DNA from: Candidatus Zixiibacteriota bacterium | GTDB lineage: Bacteria; RBG-13-66-14; B26-G2; WVWN01 | Direction of reading: 5' to 3' | Length of the DNA: 64,000 nucleotides | Assembly (NCBI GenBank): GCA_050117845.1 | Contig: JASFLY010000007.1 | Span: 32,001-96,000, forward strand | In this document: positions 19,129-29,105 of the stretch, piece after piece | How the letters are laid out: each line of letters starts with the position of its first letter | How positions within the stretch are numbered: position 1 is the first letter of the stretch | Notes under the pieces: generated by a model | Database searches by the model: none | The model's input: the letters and a program-made list of their open reading frames with translations, nothing else | Told to the model about the DNA's origin: nothing | Position numbers and translations under genes: made by a program

Positions 19129-21084
19129 TTATTCCGGCCCCGCGAGTTCGTAGATGTCGTTCAGCGGATCCTTATATACGGGAGTGCAGTACCGCATTAT
19201 AAACTCGTAAAAAACGCTCTTGGTCCGGGGCTCGTAGTTGGGCCACGCCTTCTCTTCGAACATGTGGAAGACGTGGACGTGCGTGACGCCCATATCCCGG
19301 GCGAGCTCGTACAAACGGGCGGCGTCCGCGCCGCCCTCCGCCGCGAGAAGAAACGCCGACGCCTCGAAGAACGAATCGTACACGGCGTCCCGTTCCAGAT
19401 ACAGCGTATGGTTGGTGAATACCATCAGGACCTTGGAATCGGCCGGCGTGTTTTCGTTCAGGAACTTCTGGGCCATGTAAAAGCCGCACCGGCCGGACAG
19501 GAAGTTCTCCCGGTCTTCCCCGGCCAGGTATTCGAAGCCCTCGAGGGTCTGTATAATGCCGCCGATGTTGAACGACACGGCGCAGAAAATGACGACGGCC
19601 GTGACGGCGGCCCGCCACCCTCGCCGGAATTTCTCTCCCACCCTCCCCTCCGCCGCCGCGAGCGTCCCCGCCGCTACTATGCCGAGCGCCCCCAGGCCGC
19701 CGCCCAGGAAACGTAATTGCTGGGGGCCGAACGCCCACACCAGCACGAACGTCCACGTGTATGCGACCAGCCGGCCGGCCCGCCGGAACGCGAGAGCCGC
19801 CAGCGCCGCCAACGGGAGGAGGAACGGGAAATAGAGGCCGGCGAAGCTGTCGTAGTCGAAATCCGCCTGGACCGAGATGCGGTAAGGCAACAAGAGGTAG
19901 TCGTACCACTCCCGGCCGGCCCCCATGCCGTGCTGCCAGAGAATAAGGCGCTCGGCCTGCTCCGCCGTGAAATCGCGCCCGCCCAAAACGTCGTAGAAGA
20001 GGGGGAACAGCGGATTGCCCCGCTCGACGTACGCCTTCACGAGCCAGGGCACGACGAACGCGAACGCCACGGCGAGCGTCAGCGCGAGGTCGCGAACGCG
20101 AAGGCGGCGCCGCGCCAGGTCATATATGAAAACCGGGATGAAGGCGGCCAGAACGTACGCGGACGTATATTTGACGGCGAGTGCGGCTCCGAGGAAAACA
20201 CCCAACGCGAGCGGCCGGGCCCGGGCGGATTGGCCCTTCTCCCCGGGCCGGAAGTACAAATACAATCCGGCGGAGGCGTAGAGTAACACGAAGTGGTCGA
20301 CGTGAGCGCCGGGTATGACGACGAAGAAAACGGGCGTGAAAAAGACGAGGGCGGCGGCCGCGGCGGCGTAAAACTGCGGCAGCCATAATCGGCCCACGCG
20401 ATAGACGAGGGACACGGCCAACAGCGAAACGACCGCGTAGGACGCGTTGGCGCACGACAGGCCGTCCCACAGAATGCCCCACATGTAATACATCGTCGCG
20501 CCCAGCGGCATCGACGAATAGGTGTTGTACGGCAGATAAACGAAGGCGTGGCCGACCGCGTATTTATAGGGAACCGCCAGGTGATAGGTAAGGGCGTCCC
20601 AGTAAAGCGGCGGCTGGGCCGCGGCGAGGACTAGAGGGAAGACCAGGACGCCGCCGAAGAATACCCAGACGGCCGGCCCCGGTTCGATTTCGGCGAACCA
20701 GCGCCGGAAGCGGGTCGCGAACTCGGGCGGCCGCCGGACCCATGAGATAATACCGGCGACGAGGACGCCTACCACTATAACCTTGACGACGACGCCGTAC
20801 GCCGCGTGCGCCGCCGCCAGGCCGAAGGAAAGCAGGCTGAATACGACGATGCCGGCGGCCGCGGCCAACTCCGGCGGGAGGGCCGCGCGATAACCGACGA
20901 GCCGCAACGTCCCCCTGCCGGCGAAATACGTGGCCAGCCACATCGCCGCGAACAGCACGAGGTGCCACAACTTAATCCCGAGCGGCACGACCATATTCCG
21001 ATAGATATGGGGCGCCGCGGCGTTGAGAGCTACCGACGCCGTGACTACCGCGATGACGATAACGGCCCATAGGTATTTCCTCAT
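19129..21084 (-). CDS. GT-C-fold (ArnT/PMT-like) polytopic membrane glycosyltransferase, paralog 4
   Basis: Many TM helices; 'YWDALTYHLAVP', 'AVKYT', 'PWLVKAYVERGNPLFP', 'QQLRFL', periplasmic C-domain 'GVTHVH'. Confidence 0.65.
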   Translation of the reverse strand: MRKYLWAVIVIAVVTASVALNAAAPHIYRNMVVPLGIKLWHLVLFAAMWLATYFAGRGTLRLVGYRAALPPELAAAAGIVVFSLLSFGLAAAHAAYGVVVKVIVVGVLVAGIISWVRRPPEFATRFRRWFAEIEPGPAVWVFFGGVLVFPLVLAAAQPPLYWDALTYHLAVPYKYAVGHAFVYLPYNTYSSMPLGATMYYMWGILWDGLSCANASYAVVSLLAVSLVYRVGRLWLPQFYAAAAAALVFFTPVFFVVIPGAHVDHFVLLYASAGLYLYFRPGEKGQSARARPLALGVFLGAALAVKYTSAYVLAAFIPVFIYDLARRRLRVRDLALTLAVAFAFVVPWLVKAYVERGNPLFPLFYDVLGGRDFTAEQAERLILWQHGMGAGREWYDYLLLPYRISVQADFDYDSFAGLYFPFLLPLAALAALAFRRAGRLVAYTWTFVLVWAFGPQQLRFLGGGLGALGIVAAGTLAAAEGRVGEKFRRGWRAAVTAVVIFCAVSFNIGGIIQTLEGFEYLAGEDRENFLSGRCGFYMAQKFLNENTPADSKVLMVFTNHTLYLERDAVYDSFFEASAFLLAAEGGADAARLYELARDMGVTHVHVFHMFEEKAWPNYEPRTKSVFYEFIMRYCTPVYKDPLNDIYELAGPE

Positions 21085-23069
21085 AAATCGTCCCCGACCA
21101 ATTCGTATACGTCGTTCATATCATCGCGATACAGGACGCGGCCGTAGCGCTTCAGGAAACCGTACAACATGGTTCGCGCGTGACGGTCATAATGGTCCCA
21201 TACCTTGGGTTCGAATGAATGATATATGTGAACGTGGGTGCAGCCCCATCCCCGGGCTAGATCGTACAATTCCCGGGGGTCTCGGGCGTCCTCAGCCGCA
21301 AGCAGGAAAGCCGACGCCTCCAGAAACGAATCGTATACGGCCTCCCGTTCCAGGTACAAGGTATGGTTCGTGAACAGCAAAAGCACCTTCGCGTCCGGCG
21401 GGAGTTCCTTGTTCATAAACAATTGGGCCCGCATAAAGCCCACGCGTTCGGCGAGGTAGTCCTCGCGCTCCGCCCCCAGGAAATACGCGTACGTATCGAG
21501 CGAGCTCAAAAGCGGCAACGGGAAATACGATACGGCGACGAGGGCCAATCCGCCGACGATGATGGCGCGCCAACCGCGGGAGAAACCGCGGCCCCACCGC
21601 CCGCACCAACCGTCCGCGGCGGCCAGCGACCCCGCCGCCGCGACGGAGAAGGCCGGCAACGCCCCGCCCAGGAAACGTAATATGCGGGACCCGAAGAACC
21701 AGGCGATAAGGTATACCCACGCATACACCGCCACCCGGCCGCCTCGCCGGAAAAACACGAACGCCAGCGCGGCCAACGGCAAGAGGAAAGGCAGGTAAAT
21801 ACCGGCGAAACGCTCATACGCCGAATCCCCCGCGACGGATACGCGATACGGCAAGAGGATAAAATCGCCCACGGCATCGCCGTAACCCATCTCGCCCTGC
21901 CACGCCAGCAACCGCTCCGACTGCTCCGCGCTGAAGTCCCGGCCGCCGAAGACACCGTAAAGCAGCGGGAACGTCGGATTGCCGCGCTCGACGTACGCCT
22001 TGGCGAGCCAGGGCAGTACGAGGACGAAAACCACGACGGCCGCTTTTAAAACCCACCGGATTTTTAAGCGCCCCCGTATAACGTCGTAAGCCCATACCGG
22101 TATGAAGGCAGCGAAAACCGCATACGCCGTGTACTTGACGGCCACCGCCGCGCCCAAGAGGACACCGACCGCGAGCCAGCTTCGACCGGTTTCTTCCCCC
22201 CCGCCTCTTCCCGGGTGCTGCGCGAAATATACGTACAGCGCGCCGGCCGCAGACATTATCACGAAATGATCGTTATGGGCCGCCGCCATCGCCGCCGCGA
22301 CCGGCGGCGTCAAAACGACCATGGCCGCCGCCATCGCCGCGAAAAACTGGCCCAACCAGATTCGCGCCAAGCGGTACGTCAGCGCCGCCGCGAGGAAGGT
22401 TACGACCAGGTGGGACGCCTTGGCGGTGATGAGGCCGTCCCAAAGGTAGGGCCAAAGGTAAAAAAGCGACCCGCCCATCGGCATCGACGCGTATACGTTG
22501 TACGGCAGATATACGAAACCGCCGGCGTCGGCGTAAGCCTTCGGGACAGCCAGATGATACGTGAGCGAGTCCCAGTAGTAAGGTGGAACGGCGGCCGTAA
22601 GCGCCAGGGGAAGCGCGATCGCCCCGACGACGACGAGCAGCCCCGCCGTGGACACCTCAAGTTCGTCGAGCCACCGTTGGACCCGCTCGGGGACGCGGGC
22701 CAGGTCCCGGCGGAAAAAATACGCCCCGGCCGCCGCGGCCCCGACGATAAAACCCCGCGCCAGCCAAACGGAAATTACGTGCGCCGCACCCATAACGAAG
22801 GCCAGTACGACCATCGCGGCGACGCCCAACGCCGCGGCGAGTTCCGGCGGAGTTTCGTCGCGGTCGAGCAGGAACCGGGAACAGGCCCGGCCGACTACGT
22901 AAACGGCGAACCAGAAGACGACGAAAAGCGCCAGGTGGCCGAGCTTCCCGGCAACGACGCCCATGGGGTTAACGCCGCCCTCGCGCGCCGCGACGCCGAG
23001 AGCGACGGCCACGGCCGCGAGCGCCAGCACGCCGACGGCGTATAACGCTTTCTTCAATACGTCGCGCAC
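21081..23069 (-). CDS. GT-C-fold membrane glycosyltransferase, paralog 3
   Basis: 'YWDSLTYHLAVP', 'HNDHF', 'PWLAKAYVERGNPTFP', 'YLEREAVYDSFLEAS'. Confidence 0.65.
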   Translation of the reverse strand: MRDVLKKALYAVGVLALAAVAVALGVAAREGGVNPMGVVAGKLGHLALFVVFWFAVYVVGRACSRFLLDRDETPPELAAALGVAAMVVLAFVMGAAHVISVWLARGFIVGAAAAGAYFFRRDLARVPERVQRWLDELEVSTAGLLVVVGAIALPLALTAAVPPYYWDSLTYHLAVPKAYADAGGFVYLPYNVYASMPMGGSLFYLWPYLWDGLITAKASHLVVTFLAAALTYRLARIWLGQFFAAMAAAMVVLTPPVAAAMAAAHNDHFVIMSAAGALYVYFAQHPGRGGGEETGRSWLAVGVLLGAAVAVKYTAYAVFAAFIPVWAYDVIRGRLKIRWVLKAAVVVFVLVLPWLAKAYVERGNPTFPLLYGVFGGRDFSAEQSERLLAWQGEMGYGDAVGDFILLPYRVSVAGDSAYERFAGIYLPFLLPLAALAFVFFRRGGRVAVYAWVYLIAWFFGSRILRFLGGALPAFSVAAAGSLAAADGWCGRWGRGFSRGWRAIIVGGLALVAVSYFPLPLLSSLDTYAYFLGAEREDYLAERVGFMRAQLFMNKELPPDAKVLLLFTNHTLYLEREAVYDSFLEASAFLLAAEDARDPRELYDLARGWGCTHVHIYHSFEPKVWDHYDRHARTMLYGFLKRYGRVLYRDDMNDVYELVGDDL

Positions 23070-23078
23070 GTCGAAGCC

Positions 23079-25058
23079 TTAGTCACCCCCCGTCGCCGGA
23101 AGGAGTTCGTAAACGTCGCCGAATTTATCCTCATATACGGTGTAACCGTATCGCCGCACGAAATCGTAGAATACGTGCCTGGCCCGGGGCGTATAATACG
23201 GCCAGAAACGCTCCTCGAAGAATTTATAAACGTAGACGTGGGTTATGCCCCGCTCACGGGCGTAGCGGTAAAGCGCCTCGCCGTCGGCCGACTCTTCCGC
23301 GAGGATGAGCGGCGCGGACGCCTCCAGGAACGAATCGTACGTCGCGTCGCGTTCCAGATACAAAGTTTGATTCGCGAATACGAGTAGCACGCGCGCGCCC
23401 GGCGGTAATTCCCGGTTCATGTAATCGTAGCCATTGTAGAAAGGACAGCGGCGGGAGAGGAATTCCTCCTCGTCCATCCAGAAGAAATAGCTGTGCCCCG
23501 GTAGTGTATCGAAGATGCCCATGGCGTTGTACGAAAACGCCACGGCCAAAAACGCCACCGCGATAATCGCCCGCCACCAGCGGCCGAGGCGGAGGCGGCC
23601 GCCGGGTTCCGCCGCGGCGAGCACCCCCGCGGCGGCGATGCCGAAGGCCGGCAAGGCCCCCGCCAGAAAGCGCAACTGCTGGGGCCCCAGCGCCCACGCG
23701 AAGAAATAGACCCAAGCGAACGCGACGACGCGCCCCGCCCGCCGGAACGCCGGTACGGCGACCGCGGCCAGCGGTAGCACAAACGGCAAGAGCAGGCCGC
23801 AGAAATCCTCGTATGGGTATCCGGCCTCGAACGACACCCGATACGGCAGGAGCAGCCAATCGGCGATCCCGCGGCCCCGGCCCATAGACGCTTGCCACTC
23901 GAAGAGGCGGCGCGCCTGCTCGGCGCTGAAATCCCGGCCGCCGAACGTGCCGTACAATGCGGGAAAGACCGGGTTGCCCCTCTCGACGTATGCCTTTATA
24001 AGCCACGGCACGACGAGCAGCACCGCCGTCCCGATAATTATCGCTACCTCGGCCGGCCTCGTTCGCTTCCTCGCGACGTCGTACGCCCAAATCGGGATGA
24101 AGGCTATTAGAACGGGGAACGACGAATACTTGACGGCGAGGGCAGCCCCCAGAAACAAGCCGACCGCGACGGCCCGACGCCTCGGCGACGAGCCCTCCCC
24201 CACCCCCGGATTAAGATAAAGGAAGAGCGCCGCTATAATGAAGAGCATCGAGAAGTGGTCGACCTGGGCGCCGCCGGCGGCCGTCAGCACCGTCGGCGTC
24301 AGGAACACGAAGGCCGCGGCTAATACGGCGTAATATTGGCTCACCCACGCCCGCGCCAGCCGATAAGTGAGGCCGAGCGCGAGTAACGTAACGACGAGGT
24401 GGGAGGCGTTGGCCGTTATCGCGCCGTCCCACAAATAGGGCCACAAATAAAAAAGCGACGCCCCGAACGGCATCGACGAATATACGTTGTCGGCGAGATA
24501 TACGAAACGATGGGCTTCCGCGTACGCCTGCGGCACGGCCAGATGGTACGTGAGCGCGTCCCAGAAATAAGGGGGTTCCGCGGCGGACAGCGCGATCGAG
24601 GCCGCCAGAAGCGCCGTCCCGGCCAACAGCGCCGCCGACCCCAACTCTAGCTCCTCCAGGGCCCGCTTGAGCCGGGCGGGGACCTCCGCCAGCCGCCGCC
24701 ACGTCAACGCCGCCGTCGCGGCCGCACCGAATATTACGATTACCTTGGCCACCACGCCGTACGCCGCGTGCGCCGCGCAGAGCACGAACGCTAGCAATAC
24801 CGACGCGACGACGCCGAGCCCCAGTGCCAGTTCCGGCGGCCAGGACGTCCGGCCCGTCAAGAGGCGCTCCGCCCCCCGGCCGCAGCCGTAGACCGCGAAC
24901 CAGAAGACCAGGAATAAAAAAAGGTGCCAGAGTTTCCCGGCGACGTGGCCTATGGGGTTGAAACCCTCCCGCTGGGCCGTGACGCTTAAAACCGTAAACG
25001 TCACGGCGACGGCGAGCAGTATTAAAGCGGTAAGTACGGTTTTCAACGCGCCGGACAT
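23079..25058 (-). CDS. GT-C-fold membrane glycosyltransferase, paralog 2
   Basis: 'FWDALTYHLAVP', 'QVDHF', 'PWLIKAYVERGNPVFP', 'YLERDATYDSFLEAS'. Confidence 0.65.
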   Translation of the reverse strand: MSGALKTVLTALILLAVAVTFTVLSVTAQREGFNPIGHVAGKLWHLFLFLVFWFAVYGCGRGAERLLTGRTSWPPELALGLGVVASVLLAFVLCAAHAAYGVVAKVIVIFGAAATAALTWRRLAEVPARLKRALEELELGSAALLAGTALLAASIALSAAEPPYFWDALTYHLAVPQAYAEAHRFVYLADNVYSSMPFGASLFYLWPYLWDGAITANASHLVVTLLALGLTYRLARAWVSQYYAVLAAAFVFLTPTVLTAAGGAQVDHFSMLFIIAALFLYLNPGVGEGSSPRRRAVAVGLFLGAALAVKYSSFPVLIAFIPIWAYDVARKRTRPAEVAIIIGTAVLLVVPWLIKAYVERGNPVFPALYGTFGGRDFSAEQARRLFEWQASMGRGRGIADWLLLPYRVSFEAGYPYEDFCGLLLPFVLPLAAVAVPAFRRAGRVVAFAWVYFFAWALGPQQLRFLAGALPAFGIAAAGVLAAAEPGGRLRLGRWWRAIIAVAFLAVAFSYNAMGIFDTLPGHSYFFWMDEEEFLSRRCPFYNGYDYMNRELPPGARVLLVFANQTLYLERDATYDSFLEASAPLILAEESADGEALYRYARERGITHVYVYKFFEERFWPYYTPRARHVFYDFVRRYGYTVYEDKFGDVYELLPATGGD

Positions 25059-25096
25059 CGCCGAGCATATTAAAATTAAAACCGGCCCGACGCCAC

Positions 25097-25119
25097 AAAA
25101 AAACCGGCCCGAAGGCCGG
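25097..25119 (-). terminator. Intrinsic terminator with cUUCGg loop
   Basis: CCGGCC-TTCG-GGCCGG-TTTTTTT on the minus strand. Confidence 0.8.
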
Positions 25120-25174
25120 CCCCGCGGAAAACGATCCTCGCGCGGGCGCCGCCGCGCGCCCCGGCCCCCCGCCG

Positions 25175-27154
25175 TTATGACGCCGCCGGATCTACCAACT
25201 CGAACAAAACGTTGTGCTTATCCTCGTATATAACCACGCCGTAACGATACAGGAAAGCCCGGATGCGTTCCCGCGCCACGTCCGGGTAACGGCCGGCCAT
25301 CCAGCTCTCTCCGTAGAGGTTTAGATGGACGTGTGTAACGCCCCAACGCCGGACCGTCTCGCGAAAGGCCGCCTCGTCCGGGGCCTCGACCGCCGCCGCC
25401 ATTATCGCCGACGCCTCGAGGAAGGAATCGTACACGGCCTCCCGCTCGAGGTACAGGTTTTCATTATAGTACAGCAACAACACGCGGGCGTCGGCCGGCA
25501 GGTTCTCGTTGGCGTACTCCTGCGTCCGGTAAAACGTCGTCCATTCCCGCAAGAAGGCCGGGGCGTCCATAACGCCGGTGAGATACGTCTGCCGCGGCAT
25601 CGACGAGAAAATCGGCGCTATAAGAAAAGGGAGGGCGACGGCGAAGGTCGACGCCGAGACGCCGAAGCGCCAGGCCCGACGGCCCCACGTCGCCCAATCC
25701 CGGTCGACCGCCGCCAGCGTCCCGGCCGCCGCCACCGCGAAGGCCGGCAACGCCCCGTCGAGGAAGCGAAGCTGCTGCGGCCCCAGCGCCCAGGCCGCGA
25801 GATATACCCAAGCGAACGCGACCACCCGGCCGGCGCGCCGGAACGACGCCGCCGCCAAGGCCGCCAGTGGCAGGAGGAACGGCAAGTAGCGGCCGGCGAA
25901 ATCCTTGTAGTCGAAGCCCCCGGCGACGGAGATTCGATACGGGAGGAGGAGGTAATCCCAAACGCCTCTCCCCCGCCCCATGTCACTCTGCCACTCGACC
26001 AACCGCCGCGCCTGTTCCGCCGAGAAATCGCGATTCGGGAACCAATCGTACGCCAGCGGGAAGACCGGGTTGCCCCGTTCGACGTACGCCTTAACGAGCC
26101 ACGGGGCGACGGGCGCCGCCGCGGCGACGAGGAAGACCGCGGCCTCCGCCCACCGGATTCGCTTCTTTAATAAGTCGTATCCCAATACGGGGATAAAGGC
26201 CCCGAGGGCCGCCACCGCCGAGTACTTTACCGCGAGGGCGGCGCCGAGCAGCAAACCGGCGCCGAGAAACGACCGCCGGCGAGCCGTTCCCCCCGGCGCC
26301 CCGGCGTCGAAATAGACGTAGAGCGCGGCGACGACGAACAACATAAGGAAATGATCGTTATGGCCGCCGCCCATAACCTTGAACGCCACCGGCGTCAGGA
26401 TAACCAGGACGGCCGCGAGGGCGGAATAGAATTGGTCCAGCCACCGCCGGGCCAACCGGTACGTAAGCGCCAAGGCGAGAACGGTAACGACGAGGTGAGA
26501 GGCGTTCGCCGTTATCACGCCGTCCCAGAGGTAGGGCCATACGTAGAAAAGCGAGCCCCCCATCGGCATGGAGGAAAAGGCGTTGTAGGGCAGGTAGACG
26601 AAACCGTGGGCCGCGGCGTACGCCTTCGGCACGGCGAGGTGGTAGACGAGGGCGTCGACGTACGTCGGCGGGTGGGCCGCGGTCAACGCGACCGGCAAAG
26701 CGAGAACGCCCGCGCCGAGCGCCAACGCGGCCGTCGGGAGTTCGACTTCCTCCCGCCACCGCCGCACGCGGCCGGCGGCGCGGCCCCATTCCCGGCGCCA
26801 CAGGAATCCGGTCCCCACGGCCGCCGCGACGACGAATACGCGCGCCACCCACGGGTAAGCCGCGTGCGCCGCGCACATTATAAAGCCCAAATAAACGAAG
26901 GCCACGACGCCCAGGGCCGCCGAGAGTTCCGGCGGCGGCGACGCCTTCCGGCCGAGGAGCAGCGCCGCCGTCGTCCTCCCGACGCCGTACACGCCGAGCC
27001 AAAATACGAGGAATAGCGCCAGGTGGCCGGCCTTGCGGGCCAGGCTCGCCGTCGGATTGCCAGATACGTCGACGACGACCTGTACGGCGACGAATACGAC
27101 GACCGCCGCGACGACCACGACGGCCAATAGGGCGCTTTTCGTACGCTCCGACAT
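25175..27154 (-). CDS. GT-C-fold membrane glycosyltransferase, paralog 1
   Basis: 'YVDALVYHLAVP', 'HNDHF', 'PWLVKAYVERGNPVFP', 'YLEREAVYDSFLEAS'. Confidence 0.65.
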   Translation of the reverse strand: MSERTKSALLAVVVVAAVVVFVAVQVVVDVSGNPTASLARKAGHLALFLVFWLGVYGVGRTTAALLLGRKASPPPELSAALGVVAFVYLGFIMCAAHAAYPWVARVFVVAAAVGTGFLWRREWGRAAGRVRRWREEVELPTAALALGAGVLALPVALTAAHPPTYVDALVYHLAVPKAYAAAHGFVYLPYNAFSSMPMGGSLFYVWPYLWDGVITANASHLVVTVLALALTYRLARRWLDQFYSALAAVLVILTPVAFKVMGGGHNDHFLMLFVVAALYVYFDAGAPGGTARRRSFLGAGLLLGAALAVKYSAVAALGAFIPVLGYDLLKKRIRWAEAAVFLVAAAAPVAPWLVKAYVERGNPVFPLAYDWFPNRDFSAEQARRLVEWQSDMGRGRGVWDYLLLPYRISVAGGFDYKDFAGRYLPFLLPLAALAAASFRRAGRVVAFAWVYLAAWALGPQQLRFLDGALPAFAVAAAGTLAAVDRDWATWGRRAWRFGVSASTFAVALPFLIAPIFSSMPRQTYLTGVMDAPAFLREWTTFYRTQEYANENLPADARVLLLYYNENLYLEREAVYDSFLEASAIMAAAVEAPDEAAFRETVRRWGVTHVHLNLYGESWMAGRYPDVARERIRAFLYRYGVVIYEDKHNVLFELVDPAAS

Positions 27155-27192
27155 CGTGTCCCATCATAAAACAGAACCGCAGCACAAACCAT

Positions 27193-27217
27193 AAAAAAGC
27201 CGGCCCGAAGGCCGGCT
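27193..27217 (-). terminator. Terminator of the btu operon (cUUCGg loop)
   Basis: AGCCGGCC-TTCG-GGCCGGCT plus T-tract. Confidence 0.8.
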
Positions 27218-27242
27218 AACAAGGAGGAGATACACGTTTTCG

Positions 27243-29105
27243 TTAGAAATCCAGGGCGACGCCGGCGCTCACGGTCCGGCCGGGCATCGGGTAATCGTAT
27301 ATGGTCTGGTATTCCTCATCGGCCAGGTTCTTCACGGCGACGAATATCTCGGGGTAATACACCTTGAACGCGACCCGCGCTCCCAATAGCGTATAGGCCG
27401 GCAGCCAACGTTTCGACGTAAGGTATGTAACCGGGTCGGTGTAGTCGTACTGCTGGCGGCCGACGAACGACCCGGACACCGAGGGCGTCAGGGCGAACGC
27501 GCCGTCGCCGAAGTCGTGCCGGTACCGCAGCTCGAGGAACCCCGAATACTCGGGACGATAGTTAAGCTCCTCGCCGGTGTCGCGGTCTTCGGTCGTGAGG
27601 TAGGTTCCGGAAAGGGCGACGTCGAACGTGGGGCGGGAAGCCAACGGCGACGCGTCCACGCCGAGCTCCACTCCCTGGACTACGCTCCGGTCCACGTTCT
27701 CCGGCGGCCATCCGCTAATGAGGTCCTCGTAGTCGGAGTAGAAATAAATAAACTCGGCCTTGAAGCGGTCGTTGAGACGGAAGGTCGGGCCGGCCTCGTA
27801 CGTCCAGCAGTATTCCGGCGTGAGGTCGGGATTGCCGCCGCCGAAGCCGGTGTCCGGCCAGTAAAGTTCGTCGAAACTCGGGGCCCGGAAACTCCGGCCG
27901 GCCGACGCCCGGGCGCTGACGACTTCGTTGAAATTATAGCGGGCGCCCACGCGCGGCGACACGGTTCCGCCGAAGATACTGGAAGAATCGTAACGGGCCC
28001 CAACGACCGTCGTCAGGTCGCCGAAGCGGAGGTCTTCCTGCGCGAACACGGCCCAGGTCGACCCGTCCTGATCGCCGATGGACGTGCTTTCAGTTTTTAC
28101 ACTCTCGAACTCGCCGCCCAGCCCCAACCGGTTCCACGCAAGGAGCTGGTAGAAGGCCGCTCCCCGGGCGCCGAGGGCGTCGTTCGTATGCGTATCGTCG
28201 CTCGGGAAATACGGGTCGGGGTCGGTATAATGTCGTTCCTGGGTTTTATAATAAACCCGGCCCGTAGTCGACCAGGCATCGCTCGGCGACGCGTCGATGC
28301 CGACGTTCCCGACCATAAAGTCGTCCTCCTGGCGGGCCAACGGCGTGGGATAAGACAAGGACCCGGGAACGCCCACTTCGGACGTGTGATATTGGCCGCG
28401 CAACCAGAGGGTGGCGTCATCGCCCAGCTTGGAGGAGAACTTGACGTGGCCGCCCTTCCCCTCGTAGTCGTCGTTATCGGTGAAGCCGTCGTTCGTACGG
28501 TAGCTGCCGCCGACGTTGAGGCCGAAGTTGCCCAACGGGAGGCCGGCGGCCACTTCCGTATTAACGTCGCTGTTCGTGCCGTACGAACCCCGGAACGAGA
28601 CGCCCGGTTTCTCGGGTACGCCGCGCGTCACGATGTTCACGACGCCGGCGGTAGCGTTCGCGCCGTAGAGCGCCGAAGACGGTCCGCTCATAACCTCGAC
28701 GCGGTCGACGTCCTCGAGCGACAGCGCGTTGAAATCGACGTCGCCGCCCTGGTGGTTATTTACGGGTTGCCCGTCGACCATGAAGAGCGTTTGTTTGGCG
28801 TACGACCCGCGGGTCGAGACGGTCTTGGTGGAACCGGCGCCGCCGTATTCCCGCAAGTAAATGCCCTCCGAACGCACCAATCCCTCGGCGAGATTCGTCG
28901 CGTCCAGTAAATTGAGTTCGCGGCTCGTTATCGACCGAATGCCGAACGGCACCTCGGACTCCCGGGCCGGCTCGCCGATGGCCGTAATGACTATAGGGTC
29001 GCCGGGGAAGACCTCGACGTCCCCCTCCGGCGTATCGTAGGCCAGTGCCGGAACGACGGCCGCCGCCAGGCTTAAACATGTGGAAATAATTATCGTCCGT
29101 ACCAT
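27243..29105 (-). CDS. btuB: TonB-dependent receptor, probable cobalamin transporter
   Basis: Start moved to ATG 29105 (TAATG overlap; signal peptide MVRTIIISTC...). Plug 'RVEVMSGPSSALYGANATAGVVNIVT', 'FRAPSFDELY', C-terminal F; lies under the B12 riboswitch. Confidence 0.85.
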   Translation of the reverse strand: MVRTIIISTCLSLAAAVVPALAYDTPEGDVEVFPGDPIVITAIGEPARESEVPFGIRSITSRELNLLDATNLAEGLVRSEGIYLREYGGAGSTKTVSTRGSYAKQTLFMVDGQPVNNHQGGDVDFNALSLEDVDRVEVMSGPSSALYGANATAGVVNIVTRGVPEKPGVSFRGSYGTNSDVNTEVAAGLPLGNFGLNVGGSYRTNDGFTDNDDYEGKGGHVKFSSKLGDDATLWLRGQYHTSEVGVPGSLSYPTPLARQEDDFMVGNVGIDASPSDAWSTTGRVYYKTQERHYTDPDPYFPSDDTHTNDALGARGAAFYQLLAWNRLGLGGEFESVKTESTSIGDQDGSTWAVFAQEDLRFGDLTTVVGARYDSSSIFGGTVSPRVGARYNFNEVVSARASAGRSFRAPSFDELYWPDTGFGGGNPDLTPEYCWTYEAGPTFRLNDRFKAEFIYFYSDYEDLISGWPPENVDRSVVQGVELGVDASPLASRPTFDVALSGTYLTTEDRDTGEELNYRPEYSGFLELRYRHDFGDGAFALTPSVSGSFVGRQQYDYTDPVTYLTSKRWLPAYTLLGARVAFKVYYPEIFVAVKNLADEEYQTIYDYPMPGRTVSAGVALDF

